64,000 nucleotides of DNA from Paraspadella gotoi (Eukaryota > Animalia > Chaetognatha), in the NCBI GenBank assembly GCA_051294375.1, contig CM119269.1:5837183-5901182 (forward strand), in the 5' to 3' direction. Positions within the stretch are counted from its first letter, which is position 1, and each line of letters begins with the position of its first letter. Shown here piece by piece: positions 43,941 to 57,541 of this stretch. The position numbers and the translations under genes are program-made. The notes under the pieces were generated by a model. It searched no databases and was not told where the DNA came from. It was given only the letters and a program-made list of their open reading frames with translations.

Positions 43941-44195
43941 AAAAAGAACGGTAATTCCAATGTGTTGCGCCGCAGTGACTTTATTTTCACATGTATTTTC
44001 CTTTGATTGCATGATATGAAATGACATGACATTACTAAAAAAAACTTTCTTTGCCCGTGTATTCATGACATGCCCTGCATCAAAATTTCGTCTTTTATTC
44101 CTTATAATTTTAGGAATTCCTGAAGGCGGTGTCTCAACAGATGAGCCACCAACTAGACAGACGTACAGACAAACCGACCGAAAAGTGACTTATAG
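43941..44195 (+). mobile_element. DINE-1/HINE-like element, 3'-truncated copy
   Basis: AAAAAGAACGGTAATTCCAATGTGTTGCGCCGCAGTGAC start; body matches 5009-5135; ends GACCGAAAAGTGACTTATAGA. Confidence 0.65.
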
Positions 44196-44906
44196 AAAAA
44201 AAGAAGAAAAAAAGATTCGCGATTATTAGGGGAAAATACTTAATAAAAGCGTAAGGAGATAGGAGGAGGTCATGGTGGAAAGGTTTATGATAATGAGGAG
44301 GGAAATAAAATGTCTAGAAAAAGCGTCAACCGATGAAGAAAACTGGTTGGATCGGTTACAAAAGTTTTTGGCAAAGATTCATTGTGTTATATCTCGTCTT
44401 AAAACGATGATTAGATTTTCAATTTTTTCTTGGCGTTAATATCATTTAATAAGTTAAAAACGTGAAAGGTTGAACGAAGGCAGGAAACACGATAAAAAAA
44501 AGAGAATACAGAGTTGTGAGATTAGATAATGTTTAAAGAGAAAACCGATTTTCTTTTGTTTTTATCCTTCAACTCTCTTCATGTTTCCAATCTACCAAAA
44601 AAATTCCTAGTTTCGTCAACCGGTTTTTTTTTTCTTTTTCGAAGAAACGAAACGGATCTACGTCCTTGGCAGAACTTGTTTTCGTCGACCGTGATACTTT
44701 ATTCTTTCTCTCTCTGCTTTCTATCTTCCTTTCTTTTTCCCGTTTTTTTCCTCATGTATATATGCGTTAATTAAATTAACTAACAATAGACCAAAAAACC
44801 AAGGATCGTTTGTAACATTTCGCATAAATTTTAGAGTTCAAGCAAAAATATTAAATTTTCGCCCTTCGCTGTTCCTTTTTTTTCCTCCAAATAAAAAATA
44901 AAAACA

Positions 44907-47409
44907 ATGACTCTCGTCGACATCTCCATCTGCGTCCTCTTCCTCTTCCTAGGCCCATTGATTTTCTTTGGAATCCTCTTCTTCCTCCCTTGCCTTCGCC
45001 GGTGCTGCCACCCAGCGTGGATCGTTTTCTTCCCGATGACGCAAAGTTTCTTTCTGGCGAAAATCAATGACGACGAAGAAGAAAATGAGGAAGAAAAAGA
45101 AGGACAACGAAAGAAAGAGGAGAAACAACAACAACAAGATGACGCCCAAGAATCCATGGAGACTTTGGGCGACACAGATTCTGTTCCGCAGCCAAAATCA
45201 AAACAGCAAACAAATGCACAGCAACAGCCGCACAAGCTCGACCCACCTACGCGATGTCACGAATCCGAGCTGGGCTGCTGCGGGAGGCGCCGTTTTCGCT
45301 TGGATACGTCGGAGGCGTGGGCGACGGCGATCTTTAACGCCGCCGCCGTCGTCGTCGTCGCAGTTGGATGCTTTGGCTTCGGGAGAGTCTGGCTGCTGGA
45401 CTACGAGCAGGCGAGAATTTTTGATTGTGACACTTATTACGGACGTGACAATTACTTTGTGAACAAACACCACGAAAAATATCCATTTGCTTGATAACCA
45501 AGCTATTTTTTCAACCTTCCTTCTATAAAGCCTGGTTTGAGGCCTCATTATCTTTTATACATTTCTCCTATAAAACCCAGCAAGCTTATTATCAAAACGT
45601 CTTTTAAATTTCAGTTCACATTCTTATCCTTGGTTACTTTATTAATTTTTTTAAAAGCTCACATTTTTTTTTAGAAATAATATAAATTTTACTTGATAAT
45701 TTTATTGCGTAGCATTCACTAATGAAAATCTTTATTCAAATTCAAATTCCATTCAGAAATCAAAAATCTCGGATCTCGAGAATTGGCGCTGCGTCGGCGC
45801 AACCACCCCTACTTCGGAGCGCCGTTCCTGCGACGCGGCGGTTTTAGCGGCGGCCGCAGCAGCTGCGGTGAAAAAGCGCGACTGGACAGATATTGCCAGC
45901 AGCTGTTCCCGTATCCCAATCGAGATCCTGTATTACGGATGCACAGGTAATTTGATTGAACCACGGAGCGATGTCTCAGTCTCTCTCATTTTGATAGCAA
46001 AGGCAGAAATGTTTCAGACAATCATTCCAACGCGAACGCAACTTTCGATGATTTCTTCTCACTACGTAATTTGACTTTTATGTTAAGTAATAATTTAATA
46101 GTTGTTATTTAAATCTATTTGGGTCAGTTTTTGACAATTATCAACACTTAATATTGGATAATGAATATTATTAATATATTAAATAATTCTCTGCGATAAA
46201 TTCTCACCCCAAGGTCAGACTCAATTCTCTCGTCGGAAACGAGGCGCCGCCAACTCGTCGTCCCCCGCCTCCGCCGCCGCCAGCATCGTCGCGGACATAA
46301 CTGCAACCGCCCGCGTCTGCTGCAACGCCTTCCCCGACGGTTGCTGGTTGCCGACGCCCGGAATCCAGGTCACCGGCTTGGGTCACGGAGATCGCGTCAT
46401 TTGGGTCGGGAATCGAATAATCGGTCGCTGCTTGAGCCGTAGCCTCTGCGACCGCTGCGCGTTCTCCCATTGCAACTGCAGCAAAGTGGCAGCCGAGGCC
46501 GCCGCCGCCGCCGCCGACGCAGAGTGCGCCAACCGGCGTCGAGTGACGGACGCCTGCGAGGAGAGCGACGTCCTGGCTGCGGTGGAGACGGCGATGCGCG
46601 ATCGATTCTTGGCCGAGATGTTAGAAGAAAGCGTCACGAAAAAAGGTTGCGACGATTATTTGAAAAACAAACTGAAGAAGCGCGCCGTTGACGCCGCTGA
46701 CGCCGCCGTCGAAGATGTCTACCGACGCGTCGTTCGAGTCGTCAATGGTGCACTCGCCGGCGTCGGCGACTTTTGTTACAGATGGCGTCCGAATTGGAAA
46801 GAGGCGCTGATCGGCGCCGCGGTTGGAATCGGTCTCTTTGTCGGATTCTCGCTCGTCTTTCAGGTCGAGTGAAGAGAGAGAGGAGATTTTTTTTGGGGGG
46901 GGGTTCTTAAGGGGAAGTGAAACTTTTAGACGGGTTATTTTTTTCGGAATAATTTCGATTTAACATTGGAAATAAGTTTTGGGTAAGGTTATGGTTTTGT
47001 TTTGCCTTAGTAGCCCCGTTGGGGATTGCCTGTGATACAAAGACCAACTGGCGAAGGGATTGCGGAGTCTTTATCACCGCTTTTCGCTCACAATTTCTCA
47101 CAACATCGACCACATTCCTCCTTTCAGATGGTCGCCAATTTCGTCGTCCTGGTTTTCTTGGACGCGGAGTCCGACGAGAAGCGAAGCCTCCTCCGCCGCT
47201 CGGGCGTCAATCCACAAGTCCGGAAATGGGCGTTGCCCGTCTTCGTTATCCTGGCGTCTGCGTCGGTGGCGGCGTTGCACCTGGCGTTCTGCGGAGTCGT
47301 CGATGGAGTCGTCGTCACTCAGGACGTCGTCCTCGTCGTCTCTGTCGTCGTCGTCGTTTTGACGGGAATTCTTTTGCCGTGGGAGGACGCCACGCCCATG
47401 CCGAGTTGA
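44907..47409 (+). CDS. Orphan polytopic membrane protein (~5 TM) with large Cys-rich loop, ~541 aa
   Basis: Proposed exons 44907-45410 (CAG|GCGAGA, GC donor), 45757-45946, 46214-46863, 47128-47409 join in frame (1626 nt). Exons 2-4 are linked by GT-AG introns; exon 1 could instead be a separate 195-aa ORF ending at 45494. Confidence 0.6.
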
Positions 47410-47586
47410 AGGCTTGGACGTGACGAGCGTCGCGGCGAAACTCATTAATGTCATGCATAATACGTCATGCATAATATGTCATGCATAATATGTCATGCAT
47501 ATAATGGTCGGATGGTTATTAGTAATAAATTGAGAAATGCTAGTGTGGCTACGAAAGTTCCTAGTTGTGTCTAGCGGTGACGAGAG

Positions 47587-47642
<56 letters not shown>

Positions 47643-48025
47643 TCTTTTTTTCTCTTTCTTTCTTTTTCTTTCTTTTTATTCTTACTTTCGCTATCTGTCT
47701 TTTAGTAACGTTTAATTGAAATATTGTCAACGGTCAAACAGTGAATATTTCTTAATTAATTTCTTAGTTAACTCTACTACTGTTTAAACGGATCTTCACT
47801 GGTCAAATTAAGCTGTAATAATAAGTCCCTAAGCTCAATAAAAAAAATATTGCAATACAGATTAGCCTAGTTTATTGAAATATAAATAAAGTTAAAAGTT
47901 ATTTTACGTTGAAAGCGACATTAAATTGTATGTTTTGCTGGAGAAAAAAAAATAAGGCGCATCATCCTTAATTAACCAATAAATCAAAAAGGATTTCCAT
48001 CTAAACTTGGCTGTACAGAAATTGC

Positions 48026-51000
48026 TCAGTAAAATCGCGCCAGATCTTTCGCCAACTTTTTCAGCATTTCCTTTCCTCCCAACTTTTGATATACAACGCC
48101 TTCGTCGTCGTCGTCATCTGTCTTTCTCGTCATTTTCGTCGTCGCCGTCTTCGTCCCCGTAACTCGAAGCAGCGACCCCACCCCGGATGTAACCGAGTCG
48201 GCCGCCGCCAACTTCGCCTTTAACTCTTTGACGACGGCATCGTCCAAGCCGGCGTTTCGTTCTCGGCAACGCCCCGACGCCGTCTTCGCCACCGCGGCGC
48301 TTGAGACCAAACGTCGCCGCGGCAGTCTCGTCTCTAATCGTCTCATCTCCTCGATTTTCAAGACGCTGAAATCTTTGGGCGCTTTTCGTCCTCAAGATGG
48401 CGAATTGGCTGAGCGATGAGACATCAGATGGCGTGGCTGATGGAATGCTTGATGAGCGGCCGTTACAGTGCGGATGGAATAGCTGATGGAGCGGATCTTA
48501 GATCACTGGCTGCGTGTAATCTCGACGGAAGTCCGTCCTTGTTCAAAAACAAGTCATTAAAAATTGAGAAAATGATTAATTGGGTCTCGTAAGGTTTCAA
48601 ATATTTTTATCCGTAATTTCCGTGACGGTTTCTGAAGGTTACTGTTGTTGTTTGTTGCGGTTTGCGACGCTACTGCTGTGTTATTGTTGTTGTTTTGTTG
48701 TTATGATAACGGTTGGGTCGGACTTGATCGTTCCCCTGACGAGCCTCGCTCCAGGCGGGTCTAAAAATAAATTTTGGGGGGGGTATCGCATCTTCTACTT
48801 TCAACGAACGTTTCGGTAGTCGGCCTCGTGCCAAAAAAATTAAACTCGTATTTTTAATTAATATTATTAATTATTATTGTTATTATTATAATAAATTATT
48901 ATTAAATTATTAGAAAACTCGATCGCGCGTTCTTTTTTTTCTTTTTTTTTTTCTTACCTTCATCCTCCCGCAGATTTCCGCGCCTTCTCTCCCGAAGTGC
49001 GGCGGCTGCAGCGACGGCCGGGCATTCCGATTAACATTCCGCTGCCGACGCGGCGACGGCGAAGCGGCGCGGAAAACCTCTCGGCGCTCGGCGGGCGGCC
49101 GGAGACCTTCCGCCGCGCGCGCGGCGCCCGGAGCGGCGTGGCGTGGCGGCTTCCAGGGCGGATTTCGGCGCCGATAGTTTTCCGTTGAAATTCGTCCCCT
49201 TCTTCGTATTCGTCCGCCGTAATTTTCGTCGTAATCGTCGCCTTCGTAATCGTCGGTAATAATCTTCTTCTTCGTCGCTGGGAATTATTTTTAATCACCG
49301 TTACCGTTAGTAAAAGTAGATATTAGTTGGATAAAGATGAACGAAAAGCCCAACGCTTTTTTTAATACATTATATCAATCTTACAAAAAAGTTACTCAAT
49401 ACAATGATAGATATAAAAATCAACATAAAAACAAAATATATGAAATGGAAAGAAACGGATTGGAAAAAAAGTAAACTTGATTATATGACATATATAGAAA
49501 TACTATATATGATGATAGACAACGTCAAATAAGAAAATAACGCGTATGAAATCTAACATTGACTGAAACCTTGCAGGCCTTAACTCTCTACCACCGCCTG
49601 GTGTCAAGGGCAAGATTGCTCGTCTATTGAATGAATGAATGATCTTTGTATTCGCCGTCCCAATTTTATAAAAAATTATTAAAACAAGAACGGTATACCA
49701 CAATGTGTTGAGANNNNNNNNNNNNNNNNNNNNNNNNNTAGCTGATGGAGCGGATCTTAGATCACTGGCTGCGTGTAATCTCGACGGAAGTCCGTCCTTG
49801 TTCAAAAACAGATCATTAAAAATTGAGAAAATGATTAATTGGTCCGTAAGGTTTCGAAATATTTTTATCCGTAATTTCCGTGACGGTTTCTGAAAGGTTA
49901 CTGTTGTTGTTTGTTGCGGTTTGCGACGCTACTCTGTGTTATTGTTGTTGTTTTTGTTGTTATGATAACGGTTGGGTCGGACTTGATCGTTCCCCTGACG
50001 AGCCTCGCTCCAGGGGCGTCTAAAAAAAATTTTGGGGGGGGGTTATCGCACTTCTACTTCAACGAACGTTTCGGCTAGTCGGCCTCGGCCAAAAAAATTA
50101 AACTCGTATTTTTAATTAATATTAATTTATTGATCGTTATTATTATAATCAATTATTATTAATTATTAGAAAATCTCGCTCACAGCTTGGCTATGATATG
50201 TCGCTATTATGTTCTGTTTATCGTGATTTGGTCGATCGACGTTTTTTGCTGAGCATTCCTTGTGAGAGGTCGGGTTGTGTGGGTGGTATGGAGTTTGGAT
50301 GCTCTCCTTGCAGTTCGTATTCATTGTCGCCTTCTTCTTGAAATGGGCGTGGGAGGGATGTTGACGTTGTTTAGTAGATGCGACTAGTTGATATTTGATT
50401 TTAGGGGGGCTGACAGTAGTTTTTTCTGCTTTGCGGGGTATTGAGTCGCTGACCTGGTTTTGATTCATTACAGGTTTTATTTTCTTTGCTTGTTGTTTAT
50501 TTTCTTATCGTGTATTAGTCTTTTACTTATATTAGGGATGGAATTGGTTCGGTACATTTTTTTGTTGAGTATTTTTTTAGGATAATCTGTTTGCGGGAGC
50601 GGCCGTATGGCGGTCGTGGGATGGTGGGGCGCTTGCGCGGCCGTTTTGATTATGGCTTGGTCCAACGGAAAAGGGTTCGGCATGTTGGACTAGTTGCGGG
50701 AGGTTGTCGTGTGTGTGGCTTTTTAGGTGACGTGAGTTTTTTTGATGGTGTATTAGTTGTCGTTGTGTGTGGTTATTGAAGTTGTTAGTGGTCGTTATTT
50801 CGTCGTGGAGCTGCTGGGGCGAGGATGTTGTCCGGTTTTTATCTTTTATAGTTGTCATGATTTAGTTGCGGAGATTCCAGATTTGAGTATATCTGGTGTT
50901 TTCGCTGTTTGGAGGCACTCGCCGTCGCTGTTTGTTGGGGTGTGCTGTTGGACGACTCTTGTTTTTTGTTTGGGCGCTCGAAGGTTTTTCCGGGATAGGG

Positions 51001-54000
51001 GATTTTGTCGCCTGTAGATTGTGGTTTCGATTGAGCTTTCGTGTGGATCGGTTGACTTTTCGTAGTTTTTGTTTTGGTCATCTTACGGGATTTCATATCG
51101 CTCGGCGGCCGTGTTGCAGGCCGCCCTGGGTTCTGCATCGCCCTGCTTTCACTCTTTGCATATTGCAGTTTCCGAGTATTTCTTCCATCCATTGTTTTTA
51201 TACTACTACCTATGCTTTCCTTTGGTTTCTTGGTCATCTTCACTTTTTGCTCCGGTGTGGTGCCTTCTGGCCATGACTGTCTACAACTTTCTCCTTTACA
51301 CATCTATCAGTCATTAGTTTCCACCCCATACTAAAGGTTTTTTGATTGGTTGCGCATCCTGCTCTATGAGTGCATTTATGGCTTCCTCGAGATATTCCGC
51401 GTTTTGCACTTCGACCATTTTATAGTGGACTAACTCTCGGATGTAGTTGTGCCACTGTTTGACTTCCGCCGTTCATTTCAGTGCGCTCCATATTTGCGCT
51501 TATTCGATTGGGCAGTCATGTACGGCGCCACTATTTTCTGCTTCTCTTTCCATTGTGGACACTCCATACGATCCCACTTACCCTGTTACCATTCAGCTGC
51601 CTCACTCCACGTGACACGACATGGTTAGGGGTTGACTGACTGTCTCTGTAGCGGATTTGCGAGGATGGATTTCTTCGCTCCGATTCATCTGATTTTATTG
51701 CCGGCGGTACCTGTTGTTTTATATATTTTTGCGGTTCCTCTTGGTTTTCGTGAATGTATTATTTTATTTCTTTTTACTTGATAGCCATTTGGTTTGTCAT
51801 CATTTATTTCTAGTATACGTGGAGGAGTTTCTAGGGAGTGCGGACTTTTGCATCTGTACTTCACGGTTGTCTGCCCTGCGTGTTCCGGAGCCTTTTTATT
51901 TTTTGTTATGCTTCAGTTTTTGGTTGTATGCATACTTCGGGCGGTAGGCTTTTCCATTATGTTATCTCAGCTATTGTTTATCTCATTTTACATCCTTAAA
52001 TATTTATGATACTTATTTGTAGTTGATGATGCTTTTGCAGGTATACGTTTTTATTTTTGTCCAAAAGGTTTATACATATTGTCAGATAGTAACTTAATCA
52101 TGTAGGATTTCTGAATGCATTATATAGGGTTCAAGACGGCACAATTCAAAGTTATTTGATATTTAAGCGTATTCATATTTCTCCTAAAGTTTAGTTTACT
52201 TAACCTTGATTTCGATTTGTGTCTGAAAGCTGATAGAGAAGTATACTCCACTCATCATATCTCGGAACCCCTGTAAATTTCAAGTATGGCTTTCTCGTAT
52301 CTATTCAATGCGCGCGCATATAATGAATCATTGTTTTAAAACATCTCACCCCTTGTAGTTGCTAAATTCTTTTGTTTTATGCATATCAAGTCCATCCGCC
52401 AAAATCTTTTTGGCTCTTAGTTCATTATTGTATTCATTGTGTGAAACTGTTCAGGAGTTAAGTTTGTAACGATATATGGTCCTACACCCTGTATAGCTTC
52501 AATCTCTAGTCATCGGATTAATCTTCTCAATCTGTATTTAGCCTTTCTCCATCACCTCCATCAGCCAAAGGGCGCGACCCTCTGAGTCCTGTGGCTGGGA
52601 AGAACATCACCCCAACCGGAGAAAGTTTAGTCTCGTTCCTCATCACCGTCGACCTGGACGATTGAGCATGATGGTTGCCTGCACCATGCACGTATGCAGC
52701 TTGCACGATGCGGATGACAAATTCTGCGGAATGACGCGTGCGCAATCTTTTAATTACGATTATCCGCGGCTGTTGTCACTCAATCTCACAACGAAATTAT
52801 CAACTAAGCTGAACAGACGGTTCACCATCGAGATCAATAAAAGTCAGGAACTATGAACATGAACAACCTGAATAAAAGACGCTAACCAAAAACGGCAAAG
52901 GTAAACAAAAGAGAACCATTTTCCTTCATCTCTAGCGGCGATCCGGCGAAATACGCTCGACAACAATCAAGTGGTTGAATTGGCGATCGCGCCAGGACGA
53001 AGACGGGCGACATCGAGCGGGTGAAGATGATGAAGAACAACAACGGGTGGAGAGAGCGGAAAACATGTGAGGGAGAATCGGGAGTGTTGGAGAGTAAAGA
53101 GTTATATAGTGGTGGGGAGAGATTAGGCTGGTTGGGGTGGAGTGATGGTGGCGTGGAAAGATTGAGATTAAATTCGTACAACTTTCTCTTTTACTCTCTA
53201 TTTTTTTTTCTTTCTTTCTTTTTTTTTTACTTACTTCATCCTCCCCAGCATTTCCGGCCTTCTCTCCCGAAGTGCGGCGGCTGCAGCGACGGCCGGGCAT
53301 TCCGATTAAATTCGCTGCCGACGCGCGCGGGCGAAGCGGCGCGAAAACCTCTCGGCGCTCGGCGGGCGCCGGGGAGACCTTCCGCGCGCGCCGGCGCCCG
53401 GAGCGGCGTGGCGTGGCGGCTTCCAGGCGGATTTCGGCGCCGATAGTTTTCCGTTGAATTCGCCCTTCTTCGTATTCGTCCGCCGTAATTTTCGTCGTAA
53501 TCGTCGCCTTCGTAATCGTCGTAATAATCTTCTTCTTCGTGCTGGGAATTATTTTTAATCACCTTACCGTTACCGTAGTAAAGTAGATATTAGTTGGATA
53601 AAGATGAACGAAAACCCCACGCTTTTTTAATAACATTAAAAATCAACTTACAAAAAATTACTCAACAATAAACTGATGAAGATAAAAAATCACATAAAAA
53701 CAAAATATATGAAATGGAAAGAAACGGATTGGAAAAAAAGTAAACTTGATTAATAGACATATATAGACTATATAGCTATATATGACAACGTCAAAATAAG
53801 AAAATAACGCGTATGAAATCTAACATTGACTGAAACCTTGCAGGCCCTTAACCTACCACCGCCTGTCAAGGGCAAGATTGCTCGTCTATTGAATGAATGA
53901 ATGATCTTTATTCGCCGTCCCAATTTTATAAAAAAATTATTTTAAAAAAAAACGGTAATACCGATGTGTTGACCCGCCAGTAACTTTATTATCACGTGTA

Positions 54001-54646
54001 TTTCCTTCTTTATCGCATTCCGTCTTTTATCCCTTATATCAGTTTTAGAATTTCCGAGGGCGGCGCTAGCAGTCTCTATTGATTGAGTTTTTCTGTCTTA
54101 AACAAATGAAGGGGTTANNNNNNNNNNNNNNNNNNNNNNNNNACCGAATATAGGCAAATTATATGCATTTTTAACGTAAGATGGACAGACCGACGGTGAG
54201 ACAGATCGACCGAAAATTGACTTATAGAGTTGCTCCGCGAGTCCTCGCCGCGCAACTAAAAAGCAATAAACGACAGATAAAATAATAATATAAGAATATA
54301 TGTATAAGAAAAAATAATAAACTCACTAAAATTCCTCCTCGTCCCCCCAATCCTCCTCCTCCTCCTCCACCCACTCCTCCCCGCCTCCATCGTCCGCCGG
54401 CGCCCAATCCGCCGCCGGCGCTTCCGGCGCCGCCGCCACCGGCGACGCCACAGTTGGAGTCGTCGTTGGAGGCGCCACTGTCGTCGGGCGCCGGGATTTA
54501 CCGCCGGATGAGCGCCGGTTCCAATTGGCGTCGCAAGAAGGCTTGGGGATGCCGGCGAAACATCCAGTGTAGGAGACGGTGCGAGCCGGGACGAGGGGGT
54601 AAGGCGGCAAGTCGTTGCAGGCGTCGATTGTGCCGCTGATGGCCTG

Positions 54647-54690
<44 letters not shown>

Positions 54691-55045
54691 TCAATGCAAA
54701 AGTTCGGATTAAAAAAAAATCTCTAACAACATTCGTACATATTGTAGACAATAAAAATGATAAAACGCTATGTAAACAAATGATCATTTCACAACAAAAA
54801 TATCATCAAAGTAAGATCTTATTATCTTATTTATAAACAAGATCACTTAACTTTACAGTTTTATATTGTATTCTCCAAATGCCATATTTAGATTTTTTTA
54901 CCTCCATATATGTCGCGGTCTTTCTATCCCCGCAAATATCTTCGTTTCCGTATCTCCCATAGTCCGAGGGACCGTAACCGTATTTAGATTTGTACATCTC
55001 TTCCCCTTCAAAAGAGAGAGAGGATGGAACGACGATTTTTATGGA

Positions 55046-55076
<31 letters not shown>

Positions 55077-55585
55077 CCAAATTGTTAAATGTTATTGAAT
55101 CATCGCTTAATTTTTAGCACTATTAGTCTTGCTCAATGCTTTTTTAACCGTTTTATGCGTTGAATTGTTTATTCTATGATTTCAGTTTAATGTAAATGTC
55201 TTTAAAAAAAATTAATTCTGTCGCCCCCCTGATTCTGAATCATCGTTCATATTGCCCCCACCTCTCCAGTACCCCCCTCAACCACCAGTCCCCACCTTCC
55301 CCGCATGGCCCTTCGTCTTCCAGCCCCTCCTCCGTCTGAGTGAAGACGTTGTACAAAGTCCTGTCCGCGTTGGGATCCCAATCCGTCAAGTAGTCGCCCT
55401 TCGGCTTCTCCTCCTCTTCCTCCTCCCACTCCTCGTCCTCCTCTTACGTCTTCCCATTTTCCCTCGTACTCTTTCTTCTCTCGCTGTGAGAGAGAGAGAG
55501 TGAGGGATGAAGGCAGAGAGGGAAGAGGAGAGAGAGAGGGAGAGAGGACGAGAGAGAGAGAGAGAGAGATGAGAGAGAGGAAGAG

Positions 55586-55617
<32 letters not shown>

Positions 55618-55747
55618 AACGGGGATGAGGGAGATGAAAAGAGGAAGACGCAAAGAAAAGATAAAGAAAAAAAAAAAAAAGAAAGAAAAAATAAAATGGT
55701 GGTAGAAATTTAAAGTGAGCAAGTGAGTGTAAGGATGAGAGAAAAAA

Positions 55748-55779
<32 letters not shown>

Positions 55780-56520
55780 AGAAGAAAGAAAGAAAGAAAG
55801 AAAAGAAAGAAAGAAAAAAGAAAGAAAGAAAGAAAGAAAGAAAGAAAATAGAGAGAAAGAAAAGTGTACGAATTAATCTTCAACTTTCCACCGCCACCAT
55901 CACTCACCCCAACCACCTATCTCTCCCACCACAAACTTACTCTCCAACATCCCGATTCTCCCTCATCCATGTTTTCCGCTCTCTCCACCCGTTGTTGTTC
56001 TTCATCATCTTCATCCCGCTCGATGTCGCCGTCTTCGTCCTGGCCGATCGCCAATTCAACCACGTGATGTTGCTCGAGCGTATTTCGCCGGTTCGCCGCT
56101 AGAGATGAAGGAAAATGTTCTTTTGTTTACCTTGCCGTTTTTGGTTACGTCTTTTTATTCGTTTTTGTTTTCATGTTCATAGTCTATTTTCCTGACTTTA
56201 ATTGTCTGCGAGTGGTTTTAACCGTCTTGTTCAGTGAGTTTGTTTATAATTCTGTTTGTGATATTTTGAGTGACAACATCCGCGGATATTATCGGTAATT
56301 AAAAGATTGCGCATCGCGTCATTCCGCAGAATTTTCTATCCGCATCGTGCCAGTTGCTGCATACGTGCATGTTGCAGCAACCTCATCATCTCAATCTCCT
56401 CGTCGACGGTGAGAGGAACGAGACTAAACTTTTCTCCGGGTTTCGGGTTGATGTTCTTCTCCAGCACAGGACTCAGATGAAGGTCGGCCTTTGCTGAGGA
56501 GGTTGATGGAGAAAGGGCTT
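48026..56520 (-). CDS. Multi-exon gene of unknown family with acidic Tyr/Trp-rich region; indel-riddled and partly duplicated
   Basis: Exon-like blocks ~56517-56131, ~56098-55970, ~55483-55297 (KPKGDYLTDWDPNADRTLYNVF), ~54643-54327 (AISGTIDACNDLPP..EEEF), ~53543-53234 (copy at ~49277-48958; EEEDYYDDYEGDDYDENY), terminal ~48760-48026 (..KLAKDLARFY*). Confidence 0.45.
48480..53970. repeat. Direct segmental duplication across an N gap
   Basis: 48480-48925 recurs at 49739-50180 and 48930-49711 recurs at ~53205-53970, differing mostly by 1-nt indels. Confidence 0.9.
50185..51965 (-). mobile_element. Strand-skewed insertion, possibly a decayed retroelement ORF fragment
   Basis: T/G-rich on +, A/C-rich on -, no microsatellites, broken minus-strand ORFs, present in only one duplicate copy; no RT or endonuclease motif recognised. 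Confidence 0.3.
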
Positions 56521-57197
56521 AATATTATATAATATATATATAATATATATATATATATAATAATTACAGATTTCGATGAAGATTTGATCCGATGACTGAG
56601 ATATGAATCTATACAGGGGTGGCACCATATATCCGTACAAAACTTAACATCCTGAACAGTCTAAACGAATTGAGATACAATAATGAACTAAGAGCCAAAA
56701 GATTTTTTCTGGATTTTTACTTGCATATGCAATAAAACAAAATGAATTTTTAGCAACTACAAGGGGTTGTAGATGTTTTAAAAACAATTACTCATTTATA
56801 TGCGCGCGCATTGAATAGCATACGATAAAAGCCATACTTGTGAATATTTTACAGTGGTTGTTTCCGAATATGATAGTGGTGTGTATTATCTTTCTCCTAT
56901 TTTCAGCTTTTCATAACCATCCAAATCTAAATTTCAATAGGGTAAGTAAACTAAACTTTAGGAAGATTTTAATTAATACGCTTAAATTATCAAATACTTT
57001 TTGTAATTCTTGCCGTCTTGAACCTTATATAATGCATTCAGAAATCATACATGATTAAGTTACTTATCTGACAATATCGTTATAAATCTTTTTGACAAAA
57101 ATAAAATGTATACCTTGCCAAAAGCATTCTTCAACTACAAATAAGTATTTTCATAAATTATTTTAAGGGTTATGTTTTAAAATGAGATTAAACAATA
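51972..57197. repeat. ~1.3-kb inverted duplication (51972-53210 versus 55840-57197)
   Basis: GTGGTTGAATTGGCGATCG.. (52971) is the reverse complement of the sequence near 56063; homology continues to ATGAGATTAAACAATA (57197). Confidence 0.9.
53945..54261 (+). mobile_element. DINE-1/HINE-like element copy spanning an N gap
   Basis: AACGGTAATACCGATGTGTTG start; AATATAGGCAAATTATATGCATTTT shared with ~5190; ends GAGTTGCTCCGCGAGTCCTCGCCGCGCAACTAAAAA. Confidence 0.65.
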
Positions 57198-57224
57198 ACA
57201 ATAAATATTCAAACATTTTTCTAC

Positions 57225-57493
57225 CAAACTGCGCGGGGTAAACAGAGCAGTTGCCTTTGCTGCATCAAAATAAGCATTATACCTGAGTATTTCAAAACAG
57301 GTAATATATCGGCTAAAAGCTAAAAGCCCATTATTAAAATATTTATACAGATTTTGAAAATCATTAACAGTTTTGATTAATGATTTTTTAATTTTTTTCC
57401 GGATATATGGACTCACCTCTCTAGATAGACAGCAAATAGAAAGAAAGATAGAAAGATAGATAGATAAGTATATAGATAAATAGATAGATAGAT

Positions 57494-57541
<48 letters not shown>

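Noticed and set aside
52540-52856. ZP-domain-like reading (RRKFSLVP..VACTMHVC)
   Set aside because: The inverted copy gives a different, equally plausible frame; indels make the Cys pattern unreliable.
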